64,000 nucleotides of DNA, from assembly GCA_050953065.1 (NCBI GenBank), contig JBMNLZ010000001.1, positions 128,001 through 192,000 of the forward strand. Direction: 5' to 3'. The notes beneath the pieces are model-generated. The model was given only the letters and a program-made list of their open reading frames with translations, made no database searches and had not been told where the DNA came from. The stretch comes from Bacilli bacterium (GTDB lineage: Bacteria > Bacillota_I > Bacilli_A > ML615J-28 > CAG-698). Positions 40,720 to 52,439 of this stretch are shown here, piece after piece; the stretch's first letter is position 1, and each line of letters opens with the position of its first letter. The position numbers and the translations under genes are program-made.

Positions 40720-43191
40720 CTAAATATCGTTATTATTACGAAGAATAACTAACTTTTCAGGTTTACCTAAATTAGCTTTCAACGGCGTTTTTTTACCGTT
40801 ACTTGGAGTAGAAGATTTCAAAATACTATATTCGATTGGTAAAAAACCTTTTGTGCAAGCAATATAGCAATCTAATTCTTCAGAGATATTCTTTCTTCTA
40901 ATAACACAAGCATCTAAAATGTAGTTTTGTCCACCCTTTGATTGCTCTAGGTACAATTTACCTACATTATTTTTTTTGCCTTTTGATATTTCGTCAACTT
41001 TTAATCGTTTTATAGCGCCTTTTGATGTTAATAAAGTAACAATATCTCTTTTATCAACATACCTACCAGCGACAACCTCATCATGAACTCTGTTCTTCAA
41101 TTCTATTGATTTAACACCAAACGAAGCAGGAGCCATAATAGAAATCTCATCAGCATCGTATTTATTAATGTATCCTTCTTTAGTTATTACAACTACTTCA
41201 GCATCTTTTGCAGGACATATATCTACACTTACTAAAGCATCGCCTTTTCTTATTTTAGTTGCTCTTAAGGCTCTAGAATATCTATCTGCCACTAAATCTG
41301 AGATAGGTGTACGTTTAATCAAACCATTTTTAGTAGCAAAAATTACATATATATCACTATTAAAATCACTAATTGGAACTGAAAAAATAATTTTTTCATC
41401 TAAATCAATTTTTACCAAAGTACTAACATGATATCCTAAATCTTTATGTTTTACTTCAGGAATTTTTTGAACTGGTAAATAAACATAATTTCCTTTATTA
41501 GTAAACAATAAGAATGTATCTAAAGTTGTAGCATCGAATTTTGCGATTATTATGTCTTCTTCTTTTAGTTTTGTAGGCTCCGGAGTATTATATGACCTCA
41601 ATGAAAGCCTTTTAATATATCCATCATTTGTTAATAACAAGACTACATCTTCTTTTGCGATTAATTCGTTTACTTCAACTTTGACTTCTTCTATTTCATG
41701 CTCAATAACTGATTTTCTATCTTGTTTTAAAACATCTAAAGTCTTTAATAATTCTTTTTTAATCAAAGAGAACAAAGCAGTTTCATTTGAAAGAATTTGT
41801 TGTAACTTCTTTATATAGTCCTCTAATTTTCCTTTTTCATCTCTTAAAGCATAAATATCAGTATTAGTAAGTCTATATAATTGTAGCATTACAATAGCTT
41901 CAGCTTGTTCTTCGGTAAAATCATATTTTGCAACTAAGTTGTCTTTTGCGTCTTTTTTATTAGCAGAACTTCTAATAGTTTGAATTACTGCATCTAGAAT
42001 AGAAATCATAGCTATTAAACCATCTACTATATGTAATCTTTTTTGAGAAAACTTTAACTCATAATTAGAACGGTTAGTAAAGATTTGTTTTTCATGCTCA
42101 ATATAAGCATCTAACATATCCAGCAATCCCATACTCATTGGTTTTTTTTGATTAATTGCTACCATATTAAAATTATAATTAATTTGTAAATCAGTAGCTT
42201 TAAAGAAAAAATTGCGAATAAACTCAGGATTAGCATCTTTTTTAATATCTACAACTATTCTTAAACCACTTCTATCTGATTCATCTCTAATATCAATAAT
42301 TCCATCCACGTTTTTAGCAACATAAACATCACTCATTTTCTTAACAAGAATACCTTTGTTAACATCATAAGGAATCTCGGTAATAATTATTTTATTAAGG
42401 TTCTTCTCTTCAACAATTTCCGTTTTTGCTTTTAAAATTATTTTCCCTCTACCAGTTTTATAAGCAGCTTTTATTCCTTCAAGCCCCTGAACTATTCCAC
42501 CAGTCGGAAAATCTGGCCCCTGAACTATTTGCATTATATCTTCTAGAGTACATTTTGGATTATTAATTCGATATATTACAGCATTAATAATCTCAGTAAT
42601 ATTGTGTGGAGGAATATCTGTTGCATAACCAGCTGATATTCCAGTAGCTCCATTTACTAAAAGATTTGGATATTTTGCAGGCAAAACGGTTGGCTCATAT
42701 TCTTCATCATCAAAATTAGGTACAAATCCCACAGTCTTTTTGTTTATATCACTTAATAAATATTCTGCATATTTACTTAGTCTAACTTCTGTATACCTCA
42801 TAGCTGCAGCAGGATCGCCATCAATACTACCATTATTACCATGCATTTCTATAAGTGGTAAACGATATTTAAAATCCTGTGACATCCTTACCATGGCATC
42901 ATATACTGATGTATCACCATGCGGATGATATTTACCAATAACCTCACCAACGATTCTAGCCGATTTCTTAAAAGGTTTGTTTGAAAATATGCCTAATTTA
43001 TACATCGCAAACAAAATTCTTCTTTGAACAGGTTTTAAACCATCTCTAGCATCAGGAATCGCTCTATCTTGAATAATATAGCGAGAATATCGACCAAATC
43101 GCTCACTAACAATATCTTCTAAATTTTCTTGAATAATAGATTCTTCAACATGATCTGAGATTTTTTTAGCTATTTCACTCTTTTTCTTCAT
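40720..43191 (-). CDS. parC: DNA topoisomerase IV subunit A
   Basis: [33 protein letters not shown] and AAMRYTE motifs; follows parE. Confidence 0.95.
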   Translation of the reverse strand: MKKKSEIAKKISDHVEESIIQENLEDIVSERFGRYSRYIIQDRAIPDARDGLKPVQRRILFAMYKLGIFSNKPFKKSARIVGEVIGKYHPHGDTSVYDAMVRMSQDFKYRLPLIEMHGNNGSIDGDPAAAMRYTEVRLSKYAEYLLSDINKKTVGFVPNFDDEEYEPTVLPAKYPNLLVNGATGISAGYATDIPPHNITEIINAVIYRINNPKCTLEDIMQIVQGPDFPTGGIVQGLEGIKAAYKTGRGKIILKAKTEIVEEKNLNKIIITEIPYDVNKGILVKKMSDVYVAKNVDGIIDIRDESDRSGLRIVVDIKKDANPEFIRNFFFKATDLQINYNFNMVAINQKKPMSMGLLDMLDAYIEHEKQIFTNRSNYELKFSQKRLHIVDGLIAMISILDAVIQTIRSSANKKDAKDNLVAKYDFTEEQAEAIVMLQLYRLTNTDIYALRDEKGKLEDYIKKLQQILSNETALFSLIKKELLKTLDVLKQDRKSVIEHEIEEVKVEVNELIAKEDVVLLLTNDGYIKRLSLRSYNTPEPTKLKEEDIIIAKFDATTLDTFLLFTNKGNYVYLPVQKIPEVKHKDLGYHVSTLVKIDLDEKIIFSVPISDFNSDIYVIFATKNGLIKRTPISDLVADRYSRALRATKIRKGDALVSVDICPAKDAEVVVITKEGYINKYDADEISIMAPASFGVKSIELKNRVHDEVVAGRYVDKRDIVTLLTSKGAIKRLKVDEISKGKKNNVGKLYLEQSKGGQNYILDACVIRRKNISEELDCYIACTKGFLPIEYSILKSSTPSNGKKTPLKANLGKPEKLVILRNNNDI

Positions 43192-45127
43192 AAGAATCTA
43201 CCTCCTCAAGCGTAAAATTATCTTCATAATCAAAAGATACATTATTATCTATCCATTCACGACGTGGTTCTACATCATCTCCCATTAAAATTGAAATTCT
43301 TGAATCAGCATCTCCAAAATCTTCAATTTTAACTTGAATTAGTGTTCGTGTTTCAGGGTTCATAGTAGTATCCCAAAGTTGGTCAGAATTCATTTCACCA
43401 AGCCCCTTAAATCTTTGAATCATAACATTCTTTTTGTTTCCAACTTTTTCTTTTAATTCATCATCAGACCAAGCATATTCATAATCATTTTTAGAAGTTG
43501 TTATCTTATAAAGTGGTGGCATTGCAATGTAAACTTTTCCACTTTCAATTAATCCCCTCATGTATCTAAAAAAGAAAGTCAAGAGTAAAACTTGAATATG
43601 AGCACCATCTGTATCAGCATCAGTCATAATGATTACTTTATTATAATTACTTTTTGAAGCATTAAAGTTTCTACCAAAACCAGCACCTATTGAAAAAATC
43701 ATCGACATAATTTCTTCATTTTTAAGCAATTCTTCTGTTTTAGTTTTTTCAGAATTTATTATTTTTCCTCTTAAAGGTAGGATTGCCTGGAATGTACGAT
43801 CCCTTCCTTGTTTGGCAGATCCACCCGCTGAATCTCCTTCAACAATAAATAACTCATTTTTATTAGGATTTTTATCTTGAGTAGGAGAAAGTTTTCCTGC
43901 TAAATTTGCCGACTTTGTTTTAGTTTCTTTAATCATCCTAACTTCATCTCTTGCTTTTCTAGCTGCTTCTCTTGCTTTAGAAGCCTTAATTGCATTTTGA
44001 GTTAGTAAAGTAGCAATCTCTCCATTTTCAGCTAAGTAAAATTTTAATTTTTCACTTATTACCATTTCAACAGCAGTTTTTGCATCAGCTGTACCTAATT
44101 TAGCCTTTGTTTGCCCTTCAAATTGAAGTAATTTTTCTGGTATTCTAATAGATAAAACTGCCGTCATTCCTTCCCTTATATCTATCCCCTCTAAGTTCTC
44201 ATCTCTTTCTTTTAATAAACCTTTCATTCTAGCATAGTCATTAAAAGCTCTAGTTAAAGCAGATCTAAATCCAGTTTCATGTGTTCCACCATCTCTTGTT
44301 CGAATATTATTAACAAACGACAATAATGTTTCAGTATAAGATTTTTTTGTATATTGTAAAACAGCTTCTACTTGAATTTCATCGTATGTGCCTTCTAAAA
44401 CAACTGGTTCATTGATTATTTCTTTATCTTGATTAAGTGATTTAATGTATTCTACAATTCCTTCATTAAATTGAAAAACATCTCTTTGATTAGTTCTTTC
44501 ATCAATTAATTCTACTTTAAGTCCTTTAATAAGATATGCTGCTTCTTTTAACCTTTGTGCACAAAGTTTATAATCTATTATAGTAGTTGAAAAAATATTT
44601 GCATCTGGTTTAAAATGAACTGTTGTACCAGTCTTTTTAGTTTCACCCAGATTTTTAGGTTTTTCAATAATTTTACCACCGTTTGCATATCTTTGATAAT
44701 ATATTTTATTATCACGATGAATAGTTAATTCAACCCATTCGCATAAAGCGTTAACTACACTGGCACCTACTCCGTGAAGTCCACCAGCTACCTTATAAGC
44801 ACCACTGCCATCAAATTTTCCTCCAGCATGTAAAAGGTTATAAACGACCTCTGGTGTAGGTCGCCCTTTTTCATGCATACCAGTAGGTATGCCTCTTCCG
44901 TTATCTTGCACTTCTACTGAATTGCCTTCGTGTATTATTACTCTAACATTATTTGCATATCCAGCTAAAACTTCATCAACACCATTGTCAACAATCTCCC
45001 ATATTAATTGGTGTAATCCTTTTGAATCTGTTGACCCAACATACATACCTGGTCTTTTTCTAACCGCTTCTAAACCTTCTAAAATTTGAATTGATTTTTC
45101 ATCATATTTTTTAATCATTTTCGCCAT
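43175..45127 (-). CDS. parE: DNA topoisomerase IV subunit B
   Basis: [38 protein letters not shown] and VEPRREWI motifs; divergent from plsY as in Bacillota parEC; AGGTGG RBS before the ATG at 45127. Confidence 0.94.
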   Translation of the reverse strand: MAKMIKKYDEKSIQILEGLEAVRKRPGMYVGSTDSKGLHQLIWEIVDNGVDEVLAGYANNVRVIIHEGNSVEVQDNGRGIPTGMHEKGRPTPEVVYNLLHAGGKFDGSGAYKVAGGLHGVGASVVNALCEWVELTIHRDNKIYYQRYANGGKIIEKPKNLGETKKTGTTVHFKPDANIFSTTIIDYKLCAQRLKEAAYLIKGLKVELIDERTNQRDVFQFNEGIVEYIKSLNQDKEIINEPVVLEGTYDEIQVEAVLQYTKKSYTETLLSFVNNIRTRDGGTHETGFRSALTRAFNDYARMKGLLKERDENLEGIDIREGMTAVLSIRIPEKLLQFEGQTKAKLGTADAKTAVEMVISEKLKFYLAENGEIATLLTQNAIKASKAREAARKARDEVRMIKETKTKSANLAGKLSPTQDKNPNKNELFIVEGDSAGGSAKQGRDRTFQAILPLRGKIINSEKTKTEELLKNEEIMSMIFSIGAGFGRNFNASKSNYNKVIIMTDADTDGAHIQVLLLTFFFRYMRGLIESGKVYIAMPPLYKITTSKNDYEYAWSDDELKEKVGNKKNVMIQRFKGLGEMNSDQLWDTTMNPETRTLIQVKIEDFGDADSRISILMGDDVEPRREWIDNNVSFDYEDNFTLEEVDSYEEKE

Positions 45128-45317
45128 TTCAACCACCTATATATAATATTATATCATATATTAAATCAAATTTCAATCAATAAAATAGATGTTTAAATTG
45201 CCTCATTAGGTGCATATGAGTATATTAAAGTTTTAAAAAAACAAAAAAATTGTTTAGTTTTTTATGTTTGCTTTTAATCAAATATTATTATATAATATAG
45301 AATACGGAGTTGAGTAT

Positions 45318-45953
45318 ATGGTTACAACAATTAGAATCGGTATCTTAATAGCGGCATATTTAATCGGATCTATTCCTTTTGGTTTTATTATTGGGAAATT
45401 AAAGGGTGTAGATATCCGAGAACAAGGAAGTAAAAACATAGGAGCTACAAATGTAGGTCGCGTTTTAGGATATCGTTATGCAGTGTACACTTATTTATGT
45501 GATTTTGCAAAAGGCGCTTTTATAGTTGCTTTATTTACTTTAAAAATCTTACCTAACGATTACGCACTTTTTAACCCGCTTTTTTATGGCGTAATTACAT
45601 GTGTAGGACACTCTTATTCTGTTTATTTAGATTTTAATGGTGGTAAATCTGTCGCTAGTGCTAGCGGAGTAATTTTTGCTTATAGTTGGTGGATTTTTTT
45701 AATCGCTATTGGTATATTTGCTTTAATTGTCCTTATCAGCAAAATGGTATCTTTAGGTTCCATCGTTGCAGCTTCTTGTATTTTTTTACTTTCAATATTT
45801 TTAACTATTTTTACAGACAACCCACATTACGATATTTACTTCCCAGTTTCAATGTGTTTAATGGTTGCAATTATTTTTATAAGACATAAAAGTAATATCA
45901 AAAAAATAATTGCTAATGAAGAAAACAAAGTTAAATGGTTAGAAAAAAAATAA
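45318..45953 (+). CDS. plsY: Glycerol-3-phosphate acyltransferase PlsY
   Basis: YLIGSIPFG, GSKNIGATN, GH..S..L.FNGGK and RHKSNI motifs. Confidence 0.95.
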   Translation: MVTTIRIGILIAAYLIGSIPFGFIIGKLKGVDIREQGSKNIGATNVGRVLGYRYAVYTYLCDFAKGAFIVALFTLKILPNDYALFNPLFYGVITCVGHSYSVYLDFNGGKSVASASGVIFAYSWWIFLIAIGIFALIVLISKMVSLGSIVAASCIFLLSIFLTIFTDNPHYDIYFPVSMCLMVAIIFIRHKSNIKKIIANEENKVKWLEKK

Positions 45954-45977
45954 AACCTCAATATGAGGTTTTATTTT
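45947..45977. terminator. Bidirectional terminator between plsY and yneF
   Basis: AAAATAAAACCTCA-ATA-TGAGGTTTTATTTT. Confidence 0.8.
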
Positions 45978-46201
45978 GTTTTTGCTTGATTCATTTGCGC
46001 CATTATTTGTCGCACTTGTTTTTCAGATGGTGTTCTTCCCATTTGTTGCATCATTACTCTAATCATTTTTTCATTAATAGGAGGATTTTTTTCTAAATAT
46101 TTAGTAATAATTACTCTTGCGATAAAAAACCCTATTACAGCCCCTACTATTAAAACACCTATTATTATTAATATAAATGCCCAAATTGCTAATTTTATCA
46201 T
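45971..46201 (-). CDS. yneF: YneF/UPF0154 family membrane protein
   Basis: TM helix followed by YLEKNPPINEKMIRVMMQQMGRTPSEKQVRQ. Confidence 0.93.
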   Translation of the reverse strand: MIKLAIWAFILIIIGVLIVGAVIGFFIARVIITKYLEKNPPINEKMIRVMMQQMGRTPSEKQVRQIMAQMNQAKTK

Positions 46202-46350
46202 GTAATCATTCCTTTCTTGCTTATTAATTTTACTACATCAAGCATAAAAAATCAATGCTTTTTTGTAATACCACCAAAAAAATGAAAGCGTTTTATTGTT
46301 TTACTGTTTTTGTTTTATGATATAATGTACCCATCAAGGAGGTACTGAAT

Positions 46351-46518
46351 ATGCCAAAATTTATTACTGATGCTTGTATAGCTTGTGGCGCTTGTGCAGC
46401 TGAATGTCCTGTTGATTGTATTTCAGAAGGAGATATTTATGAAATCAACCCTGAAGTATGCATTGATTGTGGTAACTGTACAGAAGTTTGTCCTGTTCAA
46501 GCGATTATAGACAAATAA
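46351..46518 (+). CDS. Clostridial-type 2[4Fe-4S] ferredoxin (55 aa; absent from the ORF track)
   Basis: MPKFITDACIACGACAAECPVDCISEGDIYEINPEVCIDCGNCTEVCPVQAIIDK; two CxxCxxCxxxCP motifs; AAGGAGG RBS; TGATATAAT upstream. Confidence 0.97.
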   Translation: MPKFITDACIACGACAAECPVDCISEGDIYEINPEVCIDCGNCTEVCPVQAIIDK

Positions 46519-46530
46519 TTAACAAGTAAC

Positions 46531-46558
46531 AAGGAGAGATTTAAAAATCTCTCCTTTT
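46531..46558. terminator. Bidirectional terminator
   Basis: AAGGAGAGATTT-AA-AAATCTCTCCTT between the ferredoxin and small peptide B. Confidence 0.85.
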
Positions 46559-46561
46559 AAT

Positions 46562-46675
46562 TTAATTAGCTGTATAACATTCTATGACTGAAGAATTCTC
46601 TTCACCAGATGTGCTTAATTTTTCGATTATTTCTAATTTAATTACTTCAACTGTAGGTTTTTCATATTTTTTCAT
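46562..46675 (-). CDS. Small YxxP-leader peptide B (37 aa), RiPP-precursor-like
   Basis: MKKYEKPTVEVIKLEIIEKLSTSGEENSSVIECYTAN; GGAG RBS; leader paralogous to peptide A. Confidence 0.8.
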   Translation of the reverse strand: MKKYEKPTVEVIKLEIIEKLSTSGEENSSVIECYTAN

Positions 46676-46694
46676 TATTTTTCTCCAATTCTAA

Positions 46695-46829
46695 TTATAT
46701 TAAATTTTCCATTTGGTTGTAACATAGCATTGGTGTTGATGTGCATTCAAAACTAACAGATGTACAAAACGCTTCTGTTTGAAACTTAATTATTTGAATA
46801 GTAGGCTTTTCGTATTTTTTAGTCATCAT
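46695..46829 (-). CDS. Small YxxP-leader peptide A (44 aa), RiPP-precursor-like
   Basis: MMTKKYEKPTIQIIKFQTEAFCTSVSFECTSTPMLCYNQMENLI; GAGGTG RBS; own promoter upstream. Confidence 0.8.
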   Translation of the reverse strand: MMTKKYEKPTIQIIKFQTEAFCTSVSFECTSTPMLCYNQMENLI

Positions 46830-46849
46830 ATTAAGCACCTCACACTGTA

Positions 46850-46878
46850 ATTATACAATAATTACTATTAAAAAACAA
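46850..46878 (-). promoter_or_regulatory. SigA-type promoter for the peptide pair
   Basis: Minus strand TTGTTT-N17-TATAAT. Confidence 0.6.
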
Positions 46879-46904
46879 GTATTTAAAAGGGTTTTAAGAT
46901 TAGT

Positions 46905-47573
46905 TTATGAATTAAAACTTTCAATTTTTTCGTTTAAAATTTGTATTTTTCTATCAATAATTTCAATTTCTTTATTTTTAAAAAGGCTTTCTTTTATTGT
47001 ATTGTATTTTTTTAACTCACTTATACAGTACTCGTACATTGTTAAAGATGTGTCTTTTTTTAATTTCATTCCTAAATATAAATCTATAAAGTCATATTTT
47101 CTTATCTCTTTAGTTTTCCTTAAAAGCATTATTTGATAAAAATACGATCTTTCAAAAATAATCTTCTCAGAAACGGGATATATAGAGTTATCATATAGAA
47201 ATTTCCTTAATTTTTCAAGATTATTGTTTGCTTGAATAATCAAACTTTTATTTTCAATTCTGTGAAAATTTTTTTTAATAATATCTTTTATTAAAAGTCC
47301 TCCCATCCCTGCCAGCACAATTGTATCAACTTTAGGGTTTAATTCATCTAAACCATTAGACAAAGTATAATCAACATTTAAATCTATGTTTTTCAAATTA
47401 CTTTTTGCTTTTTCTAGAGGTTTAATCTTATTATCAATTAATTGAGCATATAAAATTTTCTTAGATGATAAAGCCTCCAAAATTAAGTAGCCATGATCAC
47501 ACCCTATGTCAGCTACTTTACTGTTCAAATCAATATACTTGCAAATCTCTTTAATTCTTTTTGAAACAGCCAT
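46905..47573 (-). CDS. trmK: tRNA (adenine22-N1)-methyltransferase
   Basis: SKRI, ADIGCDHGYL and LAGMGG motifs; sigA-trmK synteny. Confidence 0.93.
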   Translation of the reverse strand: MAVSKRIKEICKYIDLNSKVADIGCDHGYLILEALSSKKILYAQLIDNKIKPLEKAKSNLKNIDLNVDYTLSNGLDELNPKVDTIVLAGMGGLLIKDIIKKNFHRIENKSLIIQANNNLEKLRKFLYDNSIYPVSEKIIFERSYFYQIMLLRKTKEIRKYDFIDLYLGMKLKKDTSLTMYEYCISELKKYNTIKESLFKNKEIEIIDRKIQILNEKIESFNS

Positions 47574-47652
47574 TTAAACCACCTTTATTTTTAGTTTTAA
47601 CATAGGAAATCAGCCCTATAATCGTTATTTAAACTTCTTTTTGATTATTACA

Positions 47653-47688
47653 CAAAAACACATTATCACCAAAATAATGTGTTTTTTT
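47653..47688 (-). terminator. Terminator after sigA
   Basis: AAAAACACATTAT/ATAATGTGTTTTT inverted repeat. Confidence 0.7.
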
Positions 47689-47694
47689 GCGTTT

Positions 47695-48960
47695 TTAAGA
47701 GAGATTTTTAAATTGGCTTAATCGTTTTTGTCTTGTTGGATGTTTAAGCCTTCTGATTGCTTTTGATTCAATTTGTCTTATTCTTTCACGTGTAACTCCG
47801 AATTCTTTTCCAACTTCTTCAAGAGTGTGAGGTTTACCATCTGAAAGGCCATATCTTAATCTTAAAACTTTTTCTTCTCTTGGAGTTAGTGTTTTCAAGA
47901 CGGTATCAATCTCTTCTTTGTATTTTTCACTCAATGTATAATCTAAAGGATTAGGCAATTCCGTATCATGAACAAAATCACCTAAAGTCGAATCATCTTC
48001 TTCTCCTACCGGCGTTTCTAGAGAAACTGGTTCTTGAGCAATCTTTAAAATTTGTTGCACTTTTTCTGAAGAAATTTTCATTTCAGCTCCAATTTCTTCA
48101 GGAGTTGGTTCCCTTCTTAATTCTTGAGTAAGTTTCCTCTGAGTTCTCACTAACTTATTAATTGTTTCAACCATGTGAACTGGAACTCTTATAGTTCTAG
48201 CTTGGTCTGCAATTGCTCTAGTAATAGCTTGACGAATCCACCAAGTAGCATATGTTGAAAATTTAAAGCCTTTTGTATGGTCAAATTTAGATACTGCTTT
48301 CATTAGTCCCATATTCCCTTCTTGAATAAGGTCTTGAAATTGCATTCCTCTACCTAAATATTTTTTAGCTATCGATACAACTAATCTAAGATTTGATTCA
48401 ATTAAAACATCTCTTGCATGCTCGCCAATTTTCACATCTTCATGAATTTGTTCAATTTGTTCTTTTGAAAATTCAAATTCAATTTTATCTTTATTAGCAA
48501 TAATATCTTCCGCTAATATTCCTTGTTGAACTTCACTTGAAAGACGTATTTCTTGGTCAGTAGTCAATAAAGGGATTTGTCCTATTTCTCTTAAATACAT
48601 TTTAATTGGATCGTCAGTTTGATTAGGAGAGACAGAAGAAACAATGTCATCTATGTCTTTGTTTTTTAAATCATTTTCTATTTCATTTGTAAACTCATTA
48701 AACTCTGGATCTGATTCCATATCAGCAAATGGATCTAGGTCATCTTCTAATTCACCATCAACTTCAAAGTCACCATTTTCTTCAAGTTCTTCTTTTACTA
48801 AATCAATACCTTCTAACTCTATTCTTTTTATAAATTCATCAAAGTGTTCGCTGTCTTCATCAAGTAATTCAAGAATTTTATTAAAATTAATATACCCTTT
48901 TTTCTTACCTTCAGCAATTAATTCTTCTAACTTTAAAGTTTTATCTTCCATATCATACAT
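47695..48960 (-). CDS. rpoD: Primary RNA polymerase sigma factor SigA/RpoD (exact start uncertain)
   Basis: [47 protein letters not shown] and TRERIRQIE motifs. Confidence 0.97.
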   Translation of the reverse strand: MYDMEDKTLKLEELIAEGKKKGYINFNKILELLDEDSEHFDEFIKRIELEGIDLVKEELEENGDFEVDGELEDDLDPFADMESDPEFNEFTNEIENDLKNKDIDDIVSSVSPNQTDDPIKMYLREIGQIPLLTTDQEIRLSSEVQQGILAEDIIANKDKIEFEFSKEQIEQIHEDVKIGEHARDVLIESNLRLVVSIAKKYLGRGMQFQDLIQEGNMGLMKAVSKFDHTKGFKFSTYATWWIRQAITRAIADQARTIRVPVHMVETINKLVRTQRKLTQELRREPTPEEIGAEMKISSEKVQQILKIAQEPVSLETPVGEEDDSTLGDFVHDTELPNPLDYTLSEKYKEEIDTVLKTLTPREEKVLRLRYGLSDGKPHTLEEVGKEFGVTRERIRQIESKAIRRLKHPTRQKRLSQFKNLS

Positions 48961-49128
48961 AATCAATTAATCTTTTTTGAAATCTTATTGATTAACTCCC
49001 TTCTTCTTGTTTAATTAGTTACGACTTTAATATTTTTTTTGTTTAAACTATTTTTTAAAATTGACTAGACAGTTTTTGTCTTTTACTCTTAGCTAGCAAT
49101 TTGTCTAACTACATAACCTTATCTTTCA

Positions 49129-50898
49129 TTATCTTCTTTTTTTAATTATTTTTTTTATCTGAACTGTTCTTTCAATTTCAGACAAACTATCATCATTATA
49201 AATTTTTTCTGCTACATTATATTGTATAACATGATCAATCAATTTATCTATTTTATCTCTTGAAATTCTAGTTTCTTTAGATTTTTCTTGGTTTAAGTTA
49301 AAGTTTTCTATTATTTTTTCAAATTCATTCACTAGATTGGGATTTAAATATTTATTTACAAATTTAGTTTTATCCATAAACTTAAATAAATTCCAATAAT
49401 TTTCTATTTCACATAGAATTTCTCTATTTTTAGATATAACTTTTCGATTATCTAATTTTTGCATTATATAAGCACAATCATCTTTATGTGAAAACGCTAT
49501 AACAATTAAGTGCCTTTCAGAATTTGCACATCCTATTTTATATGACTCGAAATTGTGTAATTTCTTTAGAATTCTTTTTTCTGGTTCTTTTCTTTCAATT
49601 TTATAAGAACTATGTTTCCCAAAATCACTTGCAATAGTATTAAAATCTAAATTCAACAACTTGCTAATTTTTTTTACGTAAAATTCTGTTATTGTATTTG
49701 AATTATAGATTTTTAAAATCTCAAACATATTATTTTTAAATTTTTCGATTGAGTTAACATTATTATAATCTATATTATTAGCATAAATTTTAAATAAATA
49801 TTCTATAGCACTACTTTGCTCTTCCATTAAGATTTTCAATAATGCTTGCTTACCATATTTTTTTAAATAATCATCCGGATCTAAGCCATCTGGAATTAAT
49901 ACTGCATTAATTTCAAAATTAGCATCATTAAATACTTTGATTGCTTTTTTTGTTGCATTAATGCCTGCTTCATCGCCATCAAAACAAAGTGTTACAACAT
50001 TAGTTATTTTCTTAAGATTATAAACATGTTCTTTAGTTAAAGCCGTCCCCATAGAAGCAACCGAATGATTAATACCTGCTTTATAAGCAGCAATTACATC
50101 CATAAAACCTTCAAATATAAAAACATTTTTTTTGATCCTTATCTCATTACTGGCTTCGTAAAAATTATATAAAATATTACTTTTTTTAAAAATTGCTGTT
50201 TCAGGCGAATTTATATACTTGCTATCATTTTCTGAAAAGTTTTTATAAATTCTACCACTAAACCCTACAATTTTACCGTTATTATTAGTAAGCGGAAAAA
50301 TTATTCTATTTCGAAACAAGTCATAATATTCATTATTCTTTCTTGTTTTTATTAAACCAAGTTCAATTAAGTCCAATGGTAGTCTGTTTTTTTCGTTTGT
50401 TAGTGCATTAAAAAGCAAATTTTCTTTAGAAGGAGCAAGTCCAATATCAAATCTATCAATTATTTCTTTAGAAATTCCACGTTCATTTAAATAATTGAAA
50501 GCTTCTTTACCTTCAGTTGTATTATTTAAAACAACTCTATAGAAATTTTGAGCTTCTTGCATTATTTCAAAATATTTTTTTTCAACTAAATTTTCTTTGT
50601 GATCAATTATGTTTACTTCAACATTAGCCATTTCAGCCGTTTTTTTAACAGCTTCCATAAAAGAGATCTTTTCAAAATCACTAACAAACTTAATTACGTC
50701 GCCTTTTGCTCCACAACTAAAACATTTATAAAAGCGTTTTGATTGAGACACAGAAAGGGATGGATTATTATCATCATGAAAAGGACATTTACCAAAAAAA
50801 TTATTCCCTTTTTTTTCCAATCTAATATATTGGCCTATAACATCTACGATATTAAGTTTTTCTTTAATTTCGTTAATTATTTTTTCAGGTACAATCAA
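49129..50898 (-). CDS. dnaG: DNA primase
   Basis: Zn finger CPFH..CFSCG; KYINSPE, EGFMDVI, FDGDEAG and DPDD motifs; TTG start with AGGAG RBS. Confidence 0.96.
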   Translation of the reverse strand: MIVPEKIINEIKEKLNIVDVIGQYIRLEKKGNNFFGKCPFHDDNNPSLSVSQSKRFYKCFSCGAKGDVIKFVSDFEKISFMEAVKKTAEMANVEVNIIDHKENLVEKKYFEIMQEAQNFYRVVLNNTTEGKEAFNYLNERGISKEIIDRFDIGLAPSKENLLFNALTNEKNRLPLDLIELGLIKTRKNNEYYDLFRNRIIFPLTNNNGKIVGFSGRIYKNFSENDSKYINSPETAIFKKSNILYNFYEASNEIRIKKNVFIFEGFMDVIAAYKAGINHSVASMGTALTKEHVYNLKKITNVVTLCFDGDEAGINATKKAIKVFNDANFEINAVLIPDGLDPDDYLKKYGKQALLKILMEEQSSAIEYLFKIYANNIDYNNVNSIEKFKNNMFEILKIYNSNTITEFYVKKISKLLNLDFNTIASDFGKHSSYKIERKEPEKRILKKLHNFESYKIGCANSERHLIVIAFSHKDDCAYIMQKLDNRKVISKNREILCEIENYWNLFKFMDKTKFVNKYLNPNLVNEFEKIIENFNLNQEKSKETRISRDKIDKLIDHVIQYNVAEKIYNDDSLSEIERTVQIKKIIKKRR

Positions 50899-50914
50899 TA
50901 TATAATCTCCTAAA

Positions 50915-52285
50915 TTATTTTATTTTTTCGTTTATGTATTTCTCCAAATCAAAAACTTTTATTCTTTCTTGTTCCATAGAATCACGTTCTCTAATTGTAA
51001 CACATTCATCTTCTAAAGTTTGAAAATCAATTGTAATGCAGTAAGGAGTTCCAATAGCATCTTGTCTACGATATCTTTTACCGATTTTTCCACTGGTATC
51101 ATATGTTGCCATAAATGTTTTTGAAATATTTTGATATATTTCAAAAGCTTTATCATTTAGTTTATTAACCAAAGGTAATACAGCTACCTTATAAGGAGCA
51201 AGTGATGGTTTTAATCTAAGCACTTCTCTTATTTCGCCATCTTCTAGTTCTTCTTCATCATAAGCACTAGTTATCACAGCTAAAAACAGTCTTTCTACCC
51301 CTACAGACGGTTCAACTACATATGGTATATATTTAGAATTATCATCAGAATCAAAGTATTCTAAATTTTCTTTAGAGTAATCTTGATGAACCTTCAAATC
51401 ATAATCAGTTCTATCAGCTATTCCCCAAAGTTCGCCCCAACCAAAATAAAATAAAAATTCTATATCAGTAGTTGCTTTAGAATAAAAACTTAATTCATCC
51501 TTTCCATGATCTCTAAAACGAAGGCGCTTATTATCTAAGCCTATTTTTTCTAAAAAATCTACACAAGCATCTTTCCAATATCTAAACCATTCTAAATCGG
51601 TGTCTGGTTTGCAGAAAAATTCTAATTCCATTTGTTCAAATTCGCGAGTTCTGAAGATAAAGTTTCCTGGAGTAATTTCGTTTCTAAAACTTTTTCCAAT
51701 TTGAGCGATTCCAAATGGAATTTTTTTTCTCATTGTTCTTTGAACATTTTTAAAATTGACAAATATTCCTTGAGCAGTCTCAGGTCTTAAGTAAATAGTG
51801 TTTTTTTCATCTTCAATTACTCCCTGATTAGTTTTGAACATCAAATTAAATTTCCTGATATCAGTAAAATCACTATTTTCACAATTAGGACATTTGACTT
51901 TATTTTCTTTTAAATAATTTGATATCTCTTCTTCTTTCCAACCATCAGTTGTAATTTTACAAACTTCTTCGATTAATTTATCTGCCCTATATCTTACACC
52001 GCATTTTTTGCAATCAATCAACGGGTCACTAAAACTACTAACGTGTCCGCTAGCAACCCAAACATTCGGATTCATAAGTATTGCACTATCCATACCAACA
52101 TTATATATAGATTCTTGAACAAAATACTTCCACCATGCTTTTTTAATATTATTTTTTAATTCAGCACCCAAAGGTCCATAATCCCAGGAATTAGCAAGGC
52201 CACCATAAATTTCACTTCCTTGATACACAAACCCTTGATTTTTTAAAAAGGCAACTAATTTATCCATTGTCATATTTTTTTGCAT
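50915..52285 (-). CDS. glyQS: Glycine--tRNA ligase (alpha2 type)
   Basis: [43 protein letters not shown] and [14 protein letters not shown] motifs. Confidence 0.96.
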   Translation of the reverse strand: MQKNMTMDKLVAFLKNQGFVYQGSEIYGGLANSWDYGPLGAELKNNIKKAWWKYFVQESIYNVGMDSAILMNPNVWVASGHVSSFSDPLIDCKKCGVRYRADKLIEEVCKITTDGWKEEEISNYLKENKVKCPNCENSDFTDIRKFNLMFKTNQGVIEDEKNTIYLRPETAQGIFVNFKNVQRTMRKKIPFGIAQIGKSFRNEITPGNFIFRTREFEQMELEFFCKPDTDLEWFRYWKDACVDFLEKIGLDNKRLRFRDHGKDELSFYSKATTDIEFLFYFGWGELWGIADRTDYDLKVHQDYSKENLEYFDSDDNSKYIPYVVEPSVGVERLFLAVITSAYDEEELEDGEIREVLRLKPSLAPYKVAVLPLVNKLNDKAFEIYQNISKTFMATYDTSGKIGKRYRRQDAIGTPYCITIDFQTLEDECVTIRERDSMEQERIKVFDLEKYINEKIK

Positions 52286-52324
52286 TTTATTCTCCTAAAT
52301 CATTTCAAAAATATAGTACTAATA

Positions 52325-52353
52325 ATTATACCATAAATTTATATTGCAGTCAA
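52325..52353 (-). promoter_or_regulatory. SigA-type promoter for glyQS-dnaG
   Basis: Minus strand TTGACT-N17-TATAAT with TGn. Confidence 0.75.
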
Positions 52354-52439
52354 TAAACTAAAATACCTTAAAAATAAAACTTTTCTAAAACTCTAAAACA
52401 ATCTTTTTAAATATTTTTAATTTTAAAAATTTAATTCTT

